A DNA stretch of 64,000 nucleotides from Terrimicrobiaceae bacterium (GCA_021463905.1 JAJTZA010000061.1:225-64224); one strand, 5' to 3'; shown: positions 39,362-50,115, counted from the stretch's first letter. Translations and numbers: made by a program. Notes: a model not told the origin generated them from the letters alone.

Positions 39362-40678
39362 CTATGAGTGCCCGGGGAGAAATTCCTGCGGGTTTTGAGG
39401 AAAAAAATCCTCGTAGAGCTGGAGGAGTGCCTGTTGTCCGAAAGCGGTTTTGGTGAGGGTGCGCGCGTGTTCCGGAGGGAGACCAAGCCAGGCAAGAGTG
39501 CGCCGGACTTTTGCGTTGGTATTGACGCAACGGAGCTGACGCAGGATCGCAAGGCCCGGGTCGGCGGCCACGGCGGGAGCCAGCAAGTTGGCGGCCATTT
39601 CCACCGCACGGTCTTCGCCAACGAGCGCGCAGGGGGTCTGGAGCGGGCGACCGTCCAGCGAGGCGCGTCCCCGCCAGAAGGGATGTTCCAGGCGGCGAAA
39701 GAAAGACAGGAAGGCGGAAAGATCCGCAGCGCGAAAGGATTTTTCAAGGGCCGGGAAGCTGCGGGCGATGAGCGCGAGGGCACCGACGCGCCGGTGCGGA
39801 TGATTGGCCGGACGCCCCGCCGGGAATGTCCATGCGGACTTTGGAAGGATGAGCCGCTCGTGCTGGCCGCGCTGCAACCACCACGTGTTCCAAAGCTCCC
39901 GCGCGTAGGTGCGCGCATCCTCCTCTGCAGCATCAAACCGTGCAGCTTCCAAAAACCCCGCCAACCCAAAAAGCATCGCTTCCCCTTCGGAGTCCCGGGC
40001 ACGCTCAAGGCCAATCCGCTGCGCAAGCAGCAGAAAGGGAATCGCGTTGTTTTTGTAGCCGAGTGCGGAAGCCACGGCCTGAAAGAGCGCTTCGGGGAGC
40101 CCGTGCAGGGCCTCCGCCTTCAGCCAGCGCTCGCGCTTGACCGCCAATCGGAAGCGCACTGCGCCCTCGAGCGTCTTTTCCAGCGTGTCCATCCGGGGAG
40201 GAGGTGTGGGCGGTGGTTCAACGCGCTGGTGAAGGGAGCTGGTCTCGACCAGAAGGACCTGCGGAACAGCCCGATTTTCGGAGGTGCGGATGAAAACCCG
40301 CTTCGACGCGACCCGGAAGACCGCATGCACCGCAACGCGGTTGAACGACGGATTGGCTCCATGCCCATGACGCTCCCAGTCTCCATCCTCACGATCCAAC
40401 TCGATGTCCCCGACAATTTCCCGGCTGTCCACACGCAGACGCGCCCCCACAAAATCAGGCCCCGGCTCGCGGTTCCATGCGCCCAGATGGATGGCTTCAA
40501 TGACCTCTCCATCAAGGCCCTTCCAGGAAAGCCCGAACCTCCCCGCGTAGAAATCCGCCTGCAGGCTCAGCTCGCTTGGCGACTTCCTGGGGGAAGCACC
40601 CGCTTCCGCCAGGTGGGAGGAACGCCCCCCGTGGCGGAGAGCCGTGTATTCCGCCAGTGCCTGTTCGCTCCGGGTCAT
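39362..40678 (-). CDS. DUF2851-family protein
   Basis: GAWNREPGPDFVGARL...GDIELDREDGDWERHGH pattern, as I recall for DUF2851. 438 aa. Confidence 0.55.
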   Translation of the reverse strand: MTRSEQALAEYTALRHGGRSSHLAEAGASPRKSPSELSLQADFYAGRFGLSWKGLDGEVIEAIHLGAWNREPGPDFVGARLRVDSREIVGDIELDREDGDWERHGHGANPSFNRVAVHAVFRVASKRVFIRTSENRAVPQVLLVETSSLHQRVEPPPTPPPRMDTLEKTLEGAVRFRLAVKRERWLKAEALHGLPEALFQAVASALGYKNNAIPFLLLAQRIGLERARDSEGEAMLFGLAGFLEAARFDAAEEDARTYARELWNTWWLQRGQHERLILPKSAWTFPAGRPANHPHRRVGALALIARSFPALEKSFRAADLSAFLSFFRRLEHPFWRGRASLDGRPLQTPCALVGEDRAVEMAANLLAPAVAADPGLAILRQLRCVNTNAKVRRTLAWLGLPPEHARTLTKTAFGQQALLQLYEDFFPQNPQEFLPGHS

Positions 40679-42273
40679 CGCATTTTTGGTGTTGGTCCTG
40701 GAGTGGGGTTGATATTCTCGTAGAGGGCCGAGAGCAGTGCGCGCGATTGCGCGGGGACTTCCTCGGTGGCGATGCGGGAGAGTGTCTTTGTGGCCTCGCG
40801 CGTCTTTCCCTGAGCGCGCAGGATGGCGTATTCCTCGAGGCCAAGGCGGAAGCGGACCGGTGGTCGGCTTTCGATTTTCAGCGCCTCGGAGAGGGAGGCG
40901 AGGGCGGCGTCCTGCTGTCCGGCATCGAGCTGGGCGGCGGCAAGGGCTTCAAGGAACATGCTGTTGTTGAGGCGGCGGGCAGCGGCGCGCAGTTTATCCG
41001 CTGCGGCGACCACCTGGCCATCCGCCGCACGGACAATTTGCCGGTAGGTTTCCCAACTGGAGAGTTTGGTTGGGCGATTGGGGCTGCGCCACGCCGCATA
41101 AGGACGATAAAGCGGATCGCCGATCACCACGCTCATCCAGGAAACCCCGCGCGTGGCAGCCCAACCACTCTCTGCCAGGGTGAATCCCGCCATGAGACGG
41201 TCTTGAAAAATTTGCAGGTCAGCGGTCAGGGAAAGATAGGGTTCATAGACATTTCCGAGGGTGGCGGATGCGCCCCGGGCGAGGAGGGGACCGGCCCAGC
41301 CCTGCTGGGGGTCTCGAAGCGTTGCCGCGCTGAAGGAATGGATATGAACCGCAATGCCGCCGGGGCGGAATCGAAAGCCGAAATCGGCAAACGGCCCATT
41401 CACACTCGAGGCGTACCATCCATAATAGACGGCGGCGTCCGTGACGGGAAAACCCGCTGCGAGGGTTGGTTCGGAGGAATCCAGAAACGTCGGGATGCCC
41501 TGCTTGCGCATGCTCGCGACCGCACCCACCAGCCACCGATCGCCCTCGGAATAAGAACCCGATGTGATGCCCCGCGCGTCCACATACCCCCACCCCCAAA
41601 GCCCGTCGCGCTCGGCGACAAGGGAGTCATCAATCATCGCCCGCACAATGATCGGATCGGTCGCATCCAGACGCGCGACCAGCAATACCCCCGGCAACGC
41701 AGCCAGCTCAATGACGGGAGTGTAGCGCCGAAAATAGGGATTCTCGAGAATCCCCGCCGGACGGGGAGGCGACAGCGAGAGGGTCATCAGCTCGCTGTCC
41801 ACAGAAGCCTCGTTACGCAGAGCAATCGGCTCCGGCTGCGAACGATCCGGCGCGATGGTTTCATCGGCACGAATTTTGAGAGGTATCCCCCGTATGAGAG
41901 CCACAAACCGAACCCTGCTGTCGAGGATGTCGCCGGTGCTGGGATTTTCGGTCCACAGTTTGCGCTTGATCAACTCAGCCCGCAGCGGGGCGGCGAGGGT
42001 CGTGTTGTATTCCTGGCGGCTGATCTCCTCGGTGAGCGGCGCAGCCAGCCCGATGAGCCGCTCCTGTGGGATCGCCCGCCGCTTGGCATAATACTTGGCC
42101 AGATCGAGGGACTGCGGGTCGGAGCTGTTAAAAACCACGATGGTGGCGGCGGCTTCCGGAGAGGGGGATTGCGCAGCCGCACGACCCCAGGCCACCACGA
42201 GAACCCCCATCCACACAAGGCGCCAGCCCCTCGTCAAATGCCTCCTGAAATTCCTGAAAAACCGAGGGAGCAT
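40675..42273 (-). CDS. Secreted TIGR03790-like protein with a C-terminal TPR-like region
   Basis: Start chosen at MLPRFF...VWMGVLVVAWGRAAAQ (ATG 42273). VVFNSSDPQSLDLAKYYAKRRAIP pattern. Confidence 0.5.
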   Translation of the reverse strand: MLPRFFRNFRRHLTRGWRLVWMGVLVVAWGRAAAQSPSPEAAATIVVFNSSDPQSLDLAKYYAKRRAIPQERLIGLAAPLTEEISRQEYNTTLAAPLRAELIKRKLWTENPSTGDILDSRVRFVALIRGIPLKIRADETIAPDRSQPEPIALRNEASVDSELMTLSLSPPRPAGILENPYFRRYTPVIELAALPGVLLVARLDATDPIIVRAMIDDSLVAERDGLWGWGYVDARGITSGSYSEGDRWLVGAVASMRKQGIPTFLDSSEPTLAAGFPVTDAAVYYGWYASSVNGPFADFGFRFRPGGIAVHIHSFSAATLRDPQQGWAGPLLARGASATLGNVYEPYLSLTADLQIFQDRLMAGFTLAESGWAATRGVSWMSVVIGDPLYRPYAAWRSPNRPTKLSSWETYRQIVRAADGQVVAAADKLRAAARRLNNSMFLEALAAAQLDAGQQDAALASLSEALKIESRPPVRFRLGLEEYAILRAQGKTREATKTLSRIATEEVPAQSRALLSALYENINPTPGPTPKMR

Positions 42274-42390
42274 CCGTGCAGCATGAACAGACAGGAGGCT
42301 GATGGAAATACAAACTTGGGCATAAAAATTAGTGACCTGCCTGGTGCGCATCGCTTTCCTTATGCGCATGATCCTGGCATATTGTCACCC

Positions 42391-44091
42391 ATGCCCGCAA
42401 CGCTGACTTCCCTACGCATCAGAAACTTTGCGCTGGTTGATGATCTGCTCTGGGAACCGGAGGCGGGATTTACCGCCATTACCGGCGAGACGGGTGCAGG
42501 GAAGAGCGTGCTCATTGGCGCTCTCAAGCTTCTGCTGGGGGAGCGGGCGGACCGCGCACTGATCCGTTCCGGTGAGGAAACCTGTCTCGTGGAAGCTGTC
42601 TTTGAGGGAGTTGAGGATCCACGCGTTGCCGGGCTTCTGGAGGAAGCGGGCGTCGAAGCGTGTGAAGAGGGCCGCCTGTTGCTGAAGCGTTCCATTTCCA
42701 CCACGGGCACCGGACGGCAATTCCTCAATGGATCGCCCTGCACGCTGGGGCTGCTGCGGAGCCTGGGTGAGCTGCTCGTGGATCTCCACGGGCCACACGA
42801 CCACCAAAGCCTGTTTTCACGTTATCAGCAAACCCGACTCCTGGACGGCTTTGCCGGACTGGATCCTCAACGCGAGTCCTTCGCCAGCGCACGGCGCACG
42901 CTGACCCAACTCGAACACGAACGCGATGAGCTGACGGCCCACGAACAATCGCTCGCCCGGGAGCTGGAGACCCTGAGACATCAGTGCCAGGAAATCGAGG
43001 CAGCCGCCCCAGACCCCGCCGAAGAGGAGGTCTTGTTGGGGCGGCATCGTGCAGCCGCGAATGCCACGCGCATTCTCGAGCTGTGCCAGACCCTTTTGTC
43101 GCGCATTTCCGGAGAGGGGCCTTCGCTCGGTGATGGCGTCGCCGAACTCGTCCGGACGACACGTGAGCTGGCTCGACTGGACTCTTCCACAGAAGGATTT
43201 TCCGCCCAGACCGCTGACCTTGCGGAAGCACTGGCGCGCCTCGACAGTGGATTGCAAGCCTACGCTGACTCGTTCGAGGCCGATCCCGCAGCCCTGGCGG
43301 CCATCGAAACCCGCCTCGACACCCTCCAAAGCCTCAAACGCAAATACGGTGCGACAATCGAGGAGGTTCTTGCGTTTTTTCACGACGCTGCGGCACGCCT
43401 TACGGCACTCGAATCACGCGCCGCCCGCTCAAACACGCTCGATGCGGAAATTGCCGCCGCACAAGACCGGCTGAGCGCAATCGGCGCGGCGCTGACCAAA
43501 GCGCGGCTGGCTGCCGCCAAGGCTCTCGAGAAACTCGTCAGCACGGATTTGGCAGACTTGGGATTTGCGAAGAGTGGCTTCTCGATTTCCTGGGTTCCCT
43601 CCAGCGGCCCGCTGGGCAACGAAATCGCCGAATTTTTGTTTTCCCCCAATCCGGGCGAGGAACCCCGTCCGTTGCGAATGATCGCCTCCAGCGGGGAGAT
43701 TTCCAGGGTCATGCTCGCCATCAAGGGGGTTCTGGCCGCTCAGGATGATGTGGCACTGCTGGTCTTCGACGAGATTGACGCAAACGTGGGCGGCGAAATC
43801 GCCGCCAAAGTGGCCAACCGCCTGCGGCAGCTCTCCGAAGGACGACAGGTTTTTTGCATCACCCATCTGCCACAGGTCGCGGCGGCCGCCTCCCGGCAAT
43901 TCGTCGTCAATAAGGAAATGCGTTTGGAGCGTACTCGCACGACCCTGACCTCCTGCGAAGGCGAAGCCCGTGTCGAAGAACTCGTGCGGATGCTCGGCGG
44001 CCAGTCGCCGGAGGCTGATGCGCACGCGCGCGCACTCCTCAAGTCACCAAAACCCCCAAAGCCACCCAAGCCCGCGAAGCCTTCCCGCTAA
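42391..44091 (+). CDS. recN: DNA repair protein RecN
   Basis: Start at MPATLTSLRIRNFALVDDL (ATG 42391). Walker A GETGAGKS, SGGE signature, LLVFDEIDANVGG. The upstream 605 codons of the track ORF are antisense shadow. Confidence 0.9.
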   Translation: MPATLTSLRIRNFALVDDLLWEPEAGFTAITGETGAGKSVLIGALKLLLGERADRALIRSGEETCLVEAVFEGVEDPRVAGLLEEAGVEACEEGRLLLKRSISTTGTGRQFLNGSPCTLGLLRSLGELLVDLHGPHDHQSLFSRYQQTRLLDGFAGLDPQRESFASARRTLTQLEHERDELTAHEQSLARELETLRHQCQEIEAAAPDPAEEEVLLGRHRAAANATRILELCQTLLSRISGEGPSLGDGVAELVRTTRELARLDSSTEGFSAQTADLAEALARLDSGLQAYADSFEADPAALAAIETRLDTLQSLKRKYGATIEEVLAFFHDAAARLTALESRAARSNTLDAEIAAAQDRLSAIGAALTKARLAAAKALEKLVSTDLADLGFAKSGFSISWVPSSGPLGNEIAEFLFSPNPGEEPRPLRMIASSGEISRVMLAIKGVLAAQDDVALLVFDEIDANVGGEIAAKVANRLRQLSEGRQVFCITHLPQVAAAASRQFVVNKEMRLERTRTTLTSCEGEARVEELVRMLGGQSPEADAHARALLKSPKPPKPPKPAKPSR

Positions 44092-44113
44092 GCTCCTGCT
44101 CGGCTCCCGTGTT

Positions 44114-45694
44114 TCAGAGGGATGAAAAACTCACGCTGCTACCTGAATGCGCGTGTCCGTCACGCAGCGGCTCCGGGAGGTCCTCCTGAAGAAAGTTCTG
44201 GAAGGTCACGGGGCGCAAAAAACGCTCGAGTGCAGCTGTGCCGACGGAGGTGAACCGGCTGTCGGTGGTTGCCGGGTAGGGACCTCCATGCGTCATGGCC
44301 CCACAAACTTCCACGCCCGTGGGGAATCCATTCTGAATGAGCCGCCCTGCCTTCCGCATCAAAATGCGGGTCAATTCCCTCGAGGCCTCTCGGTCGCCCT
44401 CCTCTTTGTGGATGGTGGCCGTGAGCTGGCCCCCGAGACCTCGCGCCACCCGAAACATCTCCTCGGGCGCTTTCACGGTCACCACGAGGCAGACCGGGCC
44501 AAAGTTTTCCTGATCCAGAATCCCACGGTTTTGCACGAAAGTTTCTCCGTCCGTGCGGAGGAGCACGGATGACACCTCAGCGCCTTGCGCTTGACCGGAA
44601 CCGCACCCACGCGCAACTTCCGCGACTCCCTCTCTGCCCAGCCAGTCCCGGGTTCTTTGTCGAAACGCCGCCGCGATCCCCGCATGCAGGGCGATGCCGG
44701 CGGGAGCGCGGCGCGTCTCTCCGGCCAAAGCAGCAAGGAAGTCATCGAAGCCTGCGGATTCGTGGACGACGACCAACCCAGGCTTGGTACAAAACTGCCC
44801 GCAGCCACCATTCACCGAAGCCGCAAGACCAACGGCGATCTCCAATGGCCGCGCGCGCATTGCCCCCGGCAGGATGAAAATTGGATTGATGCTGCCCATT
44901 TCCGCAAAGACCGGGATGGGGACAGGACGCGCGGCGGCGGCATCCCAGAGCGCGCGCCCCGCCGGGAGCGATCCGGTAAATGCCACGGCAGTCGTCAGCG
45001 GATGTTTTACCAGGGCGGTTCCGACCGTTGGCCCCGGGCCGTGCAACAGCGCAAAAACCCCCTGAGGCAGCCCGAGGCGGGCAATGGCCCGAATGATGGC
45101 CCGGGCCGCAATTTCGGAGGTTCCGGGATGGGCTTCATGCGCTTTCACGACGACCGGACAGCCGACCGCCAGTGCCGAGGCGACATCACCGCCCACCACC
45201 GAATAGGCCAGCGGGAAATTGCTGGCTCCAAAGACCACCACGGGGCCCAGAGGAACACACATGCGCCGCAAATCCGGGCAGGGCACCGGCCTCCGCGCCG
45301 GTTGCGCAGATTCCTGTCGCAGACCCCTCCACGCCTCCCCACGGACTTCCGCACCGTAAAGCCGCAATTGGTGGCACGCTCTCGCGCGCTCGGAAGCCAG
45401 GCGATCCAAAGAAAGCGCCGTCTCCTCATGAGCGCGCTCCAAAAGCCCGTCGCAGCCCTCCTCCAACTCGCAGGCAATCGCCTCAAGCAGCTCCGCACGA
45501 CGACTCCCCGGCAAGGACGAAAATTCCGCAAATGCCGCATCGGCTGCTTCCAGGGCGGCATCCCCGTCCGCCACCGTCGCCGAATAAAATGGCGGATCGA
45601 GGGAGCTTCCGCAACGGGGATTGACACCAAAAAACGGTTCGCCCACCTCCTTGACCGAAACCCCCAAAACCCATGACCTTCCACTCAGCATCAT
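44114..45694 (-). CDS. NAD(P)-dependent aldehyde dehydrogenase (ketoglutarate-semialdehyde dehydrogenase-like)
   Basis: ALDH core with FTGS, the EMGS(INP) catalytic-Glu region and the GQFCTKPG catalytic Cys. Confidence 0.75.
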   Translation of the reverse strand: MMLSGRSWVLGVSVKEVGEPFFGVNPRCGSSLDPPFYSATVADGDAALEAADAAFAEFSSLPGSRRAELLEAIACELEEGCDGLLERAHEETALSLDRLASERARACHQLRLYGAEVRGEAWRGLRQESAQPARRPVPCPDLRRMCVPLGPVVVFGASNFPLAYSVVGGDVASALAVGCPVVVKAHEAHPGTSEIAARAIIRAIARLGLPQGVFALLHGPGPTVGTALVKHPLTTAVAFTGSLPAGRALWDAAAARPVPIPVFAEMGSINPIFILPGAMRARPLEIAVGLAASVNGGCGQFCTKPGLVVVHESAGFDDFLAALAGETRRAPAGIALHAGIAAAFRQRTRDWLGREGVAEVARGCGSGQAQGAEVSSVLLRTDGETFVQNRGILDQENFGPVCLVVTVKAPEEMFRVARGLGGQLTATIHKEEGDREASRELTRILMRKAGRLIQNGFPTGVEVCGAMTHGGPYPATTDSRFTSVGTAALERFLRPVTFQNFLQEDLPEPLRDGHAHSGSSVSFSSL

Positions 45695-45788
45695 TCCCCG
45701 TTGGTAATTGCTCCAGTGTTATTCGAGCAGAAGCCAGGAATTTGCAAGCAGCTGTTACGACTGGACAAGACCGGGGTTCCAAGCCCCG

Positions 45789-46607
45789 CTACGCACGACG
45801 GACAAACCGACGAGGCCACATGGCCGCGCCGAATGCCGCCAAAACCAGCAGCAGCGACCAGGAGGTGGGTTCGGGAATGATGTCGGCGTAGCCGATGTCC
45901 CGCAGCATGCCAATTTCAGTCGCGCTCAGTGAGCGAACCTGTGCTCCCGGATCGGTCGCTGCATTCATGATTAACACCGGGTGCCCAATGCCATTGAAAA
46001 AGGTGTCGTCGGTATGGTGCACGCTGCTGCCCAGATCCCAGGGATCCGGGGAAAAAATGGGAACGTTCTGACCCAATGCCGCCGAAGCGAAGGCTCCGTT
46101 GAAAAACACTACGTTGCCTGCGTACACACCACCCTGGGATCCGCCGGTCAGCGTGGACAGCAGGCCGGTCTTAAATGCAAAGGCTCCGTCAATGAGGGCG
46201 GTGTTGGAGTTGTCCACCAGGAACTGATCGTACATCAACCAAGTGTCGGGCTGGCCGGATGCGTTCCTGTGGAGGCCCTGCCCCGAATCATTGAGGGCGG
46301 AAAGAAAGCCCAGCGCGTGGAGCATCTCGTGGATCGCTGTGGACTTAAAGTCGAAGGCATCAACAGCCACGTCGTCGTCGTAGTCCCAGGGATGCACAAA
46401 GTTGAAGCTGATCTTGCCATCACTGGTGCCGTTCCCTGTCAGGATCAGGTTTTGCACCACAGTTGGAGAAAACCCGAAGGCACTATTGAAGGGATTGCTC
46501 CAGGCAGAGGCCAGAAATCCGCCACCGATATTGGAGGAATTGACCGTGAAGGAAACCGTGGCGTTATAATTGGTAAAATAACCAGCGAGCATTCCGGCCC
46601 GGAACAC
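45789..46607 (-). CDS. PEP-CTERM zinc metalloprotease-like paralogue with no detectable signal peptide (possibly 5'-truncated)
   Basis: HEMLHALGF (HExxHxxG). C-terminal [28 protein letters not shown] start with an in-frame stop 6 codons upstream. Confidence 0.55.
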   Translation of the reverse strand: MFRAGMLAGYFTNYNATVSFTVNSSNIGGGFLASAWSNPFNSAFGFSPTVVQNLILTGNGTSDGKISFNFVHPWDYDDDVAVDAFDFKSTAIHEMLHALGFLSALNDSGQGLHRNASGQPDTWLMYDQFLVDNSNTALIDGAFAFKTGLLSTLTGGSQGGVYAGNVVFFNGAFASAALGQNVPIFSPDPWDLGSSVHHTDDTFFNGIGHPVLIMNAATDPGAQVRSLSATEIGMLRDIGYADIIPEPTSWSLLLVLAAFGAAMWPRRFVRRA

Positions 46608-46669
46608 ACTCCTCTGGCGCGTGCGTCAACATTGACGCGACCGGCAACTCAGGCGAGGATTTTTCCATC

Positions 46670-48223
46670 ATGAGCGAGACGACACTTCCCACACCGGAGC
46701 AACTCCAGCAGCAACTCCGGGCATTTTTGAACGCCGGATTCCCGCAACGAGAAGAATCCCCGGGGGAGACCGGCGATTCTCCAGCGGCCCCGGCCTTTGA
46801 CTTTCATCTCACTCCCAAGGAAATCAAACGGCATCTGGACCGCTTTGTCATCCGTCAGGATGATGCGAAAAAGGCGCTGGCCATCGCGGTCTGCGACCAC
46901 TACAACCACGCGCGTCATGCCGCGTCGCTGCCGGAAGAGGAGGCGACACGGCTCGAATACGCCAAACAAAACGTCATCCTCATCGGGCCAACCGGCGTCG
47001 GAAAAACCTACCTGATCCGCCATGTCGCCGAGCTGGTCGGCGTCCCTTTCGTCAAGGCGGATGCCACCAAGTTTAGCGAAACCGGCTATGTGGGGGCGGA
47101 TGTGGATGATTTGATTCGCGAGCTGGTTCACCGGGCCGATGGCAACCTGCAGTTGGCACAGTTTGGCATGGTTTATATTGATGAAATTGACAAAATTGCG
47201 ACCGCCAGCGCCGGGGGCGGGCGGGACGTGAGCGGACGCGGCGTGCAGACCACCCTGCTCAAGCTCATGGAGGAAACCGAGGTGCCAGTGCGCAGCCCCA
47301 ACGACATCCAGGCCCAACTGCAAGCCGCAATGGAGTTTCAGCGGCGCGGCAAACCCGTGCGCGAGTCCATCAATACCCGCCACATTTTGTTTATTGTTTC
47401 GGGCGCATTTGAGAAGCTGACCCCGCACATTGTCCGCCGTCTCAAGCAGACGGCTCTTGGCTTCGGTGCCAGGGTTCCCGAACGGAGCGACGATGCGTCC
47501 TCGCTTTTGCGTCAGGCGGAGACGCGCGATTTTGTCGAGTTTGGGATGGAACCCGAGTTCATGGGGAGATTGCCGATTCGCGTGGTCTGCGACCCCCTCA
47601 CCGAGGACGATCTCTTTGAAATCATGCACACCTCGGAGGGAAGCATCATCCGCCAATACGAGCGGGCCTTCCGCGCCTATGGCATCGAAGTCCACTTTGA
47701 GGAGGACGCGCTGCGGGCCATTGCCCGCGCGGCGGCTCCGGAGCAGACCGGCGCCCGCGCCCTGCTCACCATTTGCGAGCGCGCCCTGCGGGATTTCAAA
47801 TTTGAGCTGCCCGATTCCGGCATCCGCTCGTTTTCCATCACCGCAGCGCTCATCGAAAATCCCGACAAGGTTCTGGACGCACTCCTGCGCGAAGGCCACC
47901 TCGAACGCAGCAAGGCGAGAAAGGAAATTATCTGCGAATTTGCCACACGGTTTTCGTCGCAGCACGGTGTCCGTTTCACCTTTGACGACACAGCCGTCAC
48001 AAAAATCCTCGAGAAGGCCGATGCGGACGGGCGGGATGTACGTGAGTTTTGCGAAGTGGCCTTCCGCGATTACCAATTCGGTCTGGCGCTGATCCGTCGC
48101 AACAGCGGCCAAACCGACTTTGTCATATCCGCAGAGGCTGTCGAGAACCCCGACAGCGTCCTCAGCCGGTGGGTCATCGCTAGCTACCGGAAGGACGAAG
48201 CAGACGGTTCGTCAATTCAATAG
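46670..48223 (+). CDS. ClpX-like AAA+ unfoldase paralogue lacking the N-terminal zinc-binding domain
   Basis: [24 protein letters not shown], Walker A GPTGVGKT, pore loop GYVG, Walker [12 protein letters not shown] loop (ALGFGA). ~130-aa C-terminal extension. No Cys in the first ~90 residues. Confidence 0.7.
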   Translation: MSETTLPTPEQLQQQLRAFLNAGFPQREESPGETGDSPAAPAFDFHLTPKEIKRHLDRFVIRQDDAKKALAIAVCDHYNHARHAASLPEEEATRLEYAKQNVILIGPTGVGKTYLIRHVAELVGVPFVKADATKFSETGYVGADVDDLIRELVHRADGNLQLAQFGMVYIDEIDKIATASAGGGRDVSGRGVQTTLLKLMEETEVPVRSPNDIQAQLQAAMEFQRRGKPVRESINTRHILFIVSGAFEKLTPHIVRRLKQTALGFGARVPERSDDASSLLRQAETRDFVEFGMEPEFMGRLPIRVVCDPLTEDDLFEIMHTSEGSIIRQYERAFRAYGIEVHFEEDALRAIARAAAPEQTGARALLTICERALRDFKFELPDSGIRSFSITAALIENPDKVLDALLREGHLERSKARKEIICEFATRFSSQHGVRFTFDDTAVTKILEKADADGRDVREFCEVAFRDYQFGLALIRRNSGQTDFVISAEAVENPDSVLSRWVIASYRKDEADGSSIQ

Positions 48224-49573
48224 CTTGGCGGAAGCCGCAGAAAACTCCTCCGGGAATTTGGTGAGAAAGCTCTGTGTCGGCCACGAACAGGCTTCTCCAA
48301 AGGCGCAAATGGTCCGTCCGGCGATGTTGTCGGCGACATTTTTGAGGGTGGCGGGGTCTTTTTCGACACCCCCTCCATCGAGAATTCGCGTGGTGATTTT
48401 TGACATCCAGAGGCTGCCCTCGCGGCAGGGCGTGCACTGGCCGCAGCTCTCGTGGGCGTAGAATTGGTTGAGGTTGTTGAGAACCTGCACCATGTTGCGG
48501 GTGTCGTCCATGACGATCACCCCCCCACTGCCGACCATGGTTCCCACCGCCGCCAGCGAAGCGGCGTCCATCACGACATCCAGCATGTCAATTTCCTTCT
48601 CGGTCATCGCGCCGTCCGGACCCTTCGCCTTGATCTTGAATTTCTCGCCGGCCCGCAACACCTTGGCCGAGCTGCCGCCGGGGATCACGGCCTTGAGCTT
48701 GCGTCCGGGCCGCAGGCCGCCGCAGAGGTCAAAGATCAGTTCGCCGAGTGTGACTGCGCCGACGGGCAGTTCGTAAAAGCCCGGACGCGCCACATCGCCG
48801 CTCACGCACAGGGTCCGGGTGCCGCCGTCTCCAGGCGTTCCCATCTTTGCGTATTCCTCCGACCCCAGCCGGAGGATGTGCTTCACATGGCAAAGGGTCT
48901 CGACGTTGTTGACAATCGTCGGCTGCATGTACAGGCCGAGCACTGCGGGAAAATACGGGGGCTTGATGCGCGGGTAGGCCCGCTTGCCTTCGAGAGATTC
49001 CAGCAGCCCGGTTTCCTCCCCGCAGATGTAGGCCGCCGCGCCCTGGTGAACATAGATATCGAGGTCAAATCCGGAGCCGAGAATGTTTTTGCCGACGAAT
49101 CCCGCCGCGCGGGCTTCCTGGATGGCCTTCCAGACGATTTTTGCGGCATGAGGGAATTCGCAACGGATGTAGATATAGGACAGGTGGCAATTGGTGGCAA
49201 AAGCCGAGATGACAACGCCCTCGATGAGCTGGTGCGGGTCATGGTGGAGGATGTAGCGATCCTTAAAGGTACCGGGCTCGGATTCGTCGCCATTGACCAC
49301 CAGGTAATGCGGCTTGCCATCGTCGTATTTGATGAAGCTCCACTTCATCCCGCACGGGAAGCCCGCGCCGCCGCGCCCGCGCAGATTGGCCGCTTTCACC
49401 GCATCCACAATCTCGCCGGGCTTCATGCCCAGCGCTTTTTTGAGGGATTCGTAGCCGCCGTGCCGGAGATACGTCTCGAGGCTGGTGTCGTAGCCCGGCT
49501 TCGAGATGTTTTCAAAAATGAGCCTCCGCTCTTTCGGGTGCGGAGCCGGCATGGAAAAGGTGGAATCCGTCAT
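48212..49573 (-). CDS. nuoF: NADH dehydrogenase flavoprotein subunit (NuoF/51-kDa family)
   Basis: [22 protein letters not shown]-site motif. C-terminal [12 protein letters not shown] 4Fe-4S motif. Confidence 0.85.
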   Translation of the reverse strand: MTDSTFSMPAPHPKERRLIFENISKPGYDTSLETYLRHGGYESLKKALGMKPGEIVDAVKAANLRGRGGAGFPCGMKWSFIKYDDGKPHYLVVNGDESEPGTFKDRYILHHDPHQLIEGVVISAFATNCHLSYIYIRCEFPHAAKIVWKAIQEARAAGFVGKNILGSGFDLDIYVHQGAAAYICGEETGLLESLEGKRAYPRIKPPYFPAVLGLYMQPTIVNNVETLCHVKHILRLGSEEYAKMGTPGDGGTRTLCVSGDVARPGFYELPVGAVTLGELIFDLCGGLRPGRKLKAVIPGGSSAKVLRAGEKFKIKAKGPDGAMTEKEIDMLDVVMDAASLAAVGTMVGSGGVIVMDDTRNMVQVLNNLNQFYAHESCGQCTPCREGSLWMSKITTRILDGGGVEKDPATLKNVADNIAGRTICAFGEACSWPTQSFLTKFPEEFSAASAKLLN

Positions 49574-50115
49574 GACTGGTATTTTTTGACGATGGCCGGG
49601 ACATCCTCGGGCTGGATCCGCTCGTGCAGGTCATCATTGATGAGGGCGACGGGTGCGCTGCCGCAGCAGGCCAGACACTCGACAAACTCGACACTGAACT
49701 CCCCATCCGGCGCCGTCGGCGGGGGGGCTCCAAACCCATGACTGTGACTGTGTGGATCCACGCCCACCGCCTGACAAAACTTTTCCTTGATGTCGTGGCT
49801 TCCCGCCAGGGCGCACGAGAGCGTGCGGCAAACCCGGATAATCGTCCGCCCGGCGGACTTGCGGCGGAACCACGGATAAAAAGTAATGACCTCGACAACC
49901 TGCACCGGGCCGACACCCACCCTGGCCGCAATCCACTCGACACCGGAATCATCAATCGAACCAAATGTGTTTTGCCAAAGATGCAGCAGCGGGAGCGTGG
50001 CACTGCGCCTCGAAACCGGATAGCGGGAAATCAAATCCTCGGCCTGGGCCTCAAACTCGGGCGTCACCTTCGCCACCTGCGCCCCGGATTGCGTCTCTCT
50101 CTCATTCATTCCCAT
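49570..50115 (-). CDS. nuoE: NADH dehydrogenase 24-kDa subunit (NuoE family, 2Fe-2S)
   Basis: Thioredoxin-like 2Fe-2S pattern VCRTLSC...CLACCGSAP. 4-nt overlap with nuoF. Confidence 0.85.
   Translation of the reverse strand: MGMNERETQSGAQVAKVTPEFEAQAEDLISRYPVSRRSATLPLLHLWQNTFGSIDDSGVEWIAARVGVGPVQVVEVITFYPWFRRKSAGRTIIRVCRTLSCALAGSHDIKEKFCQAVGVDPHSHSHGFGAPPPTAPDGEFSVEFVECLACCGSAPVALINDDLHERIQPEDVPAIVKKYQS

Noticed and set aside
39286-40026. The upstream extension of the 610-aa ORF containing pta.
   Set aside because: It overlaps the DUF2851 gene in another frame. Pta homology starts at MNLLESVF (39285).
40576-42390. The N-terminal ~600 codons of the 1171-aa plus-strand ORF that ends as recN.
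   Set aside because: This part is antisense to the TIGR03790-like gene and has Arg/Gly/Pro-rich shadow composition typical of high-GC antisense frames. RecN homology starts only at ATG 42391.
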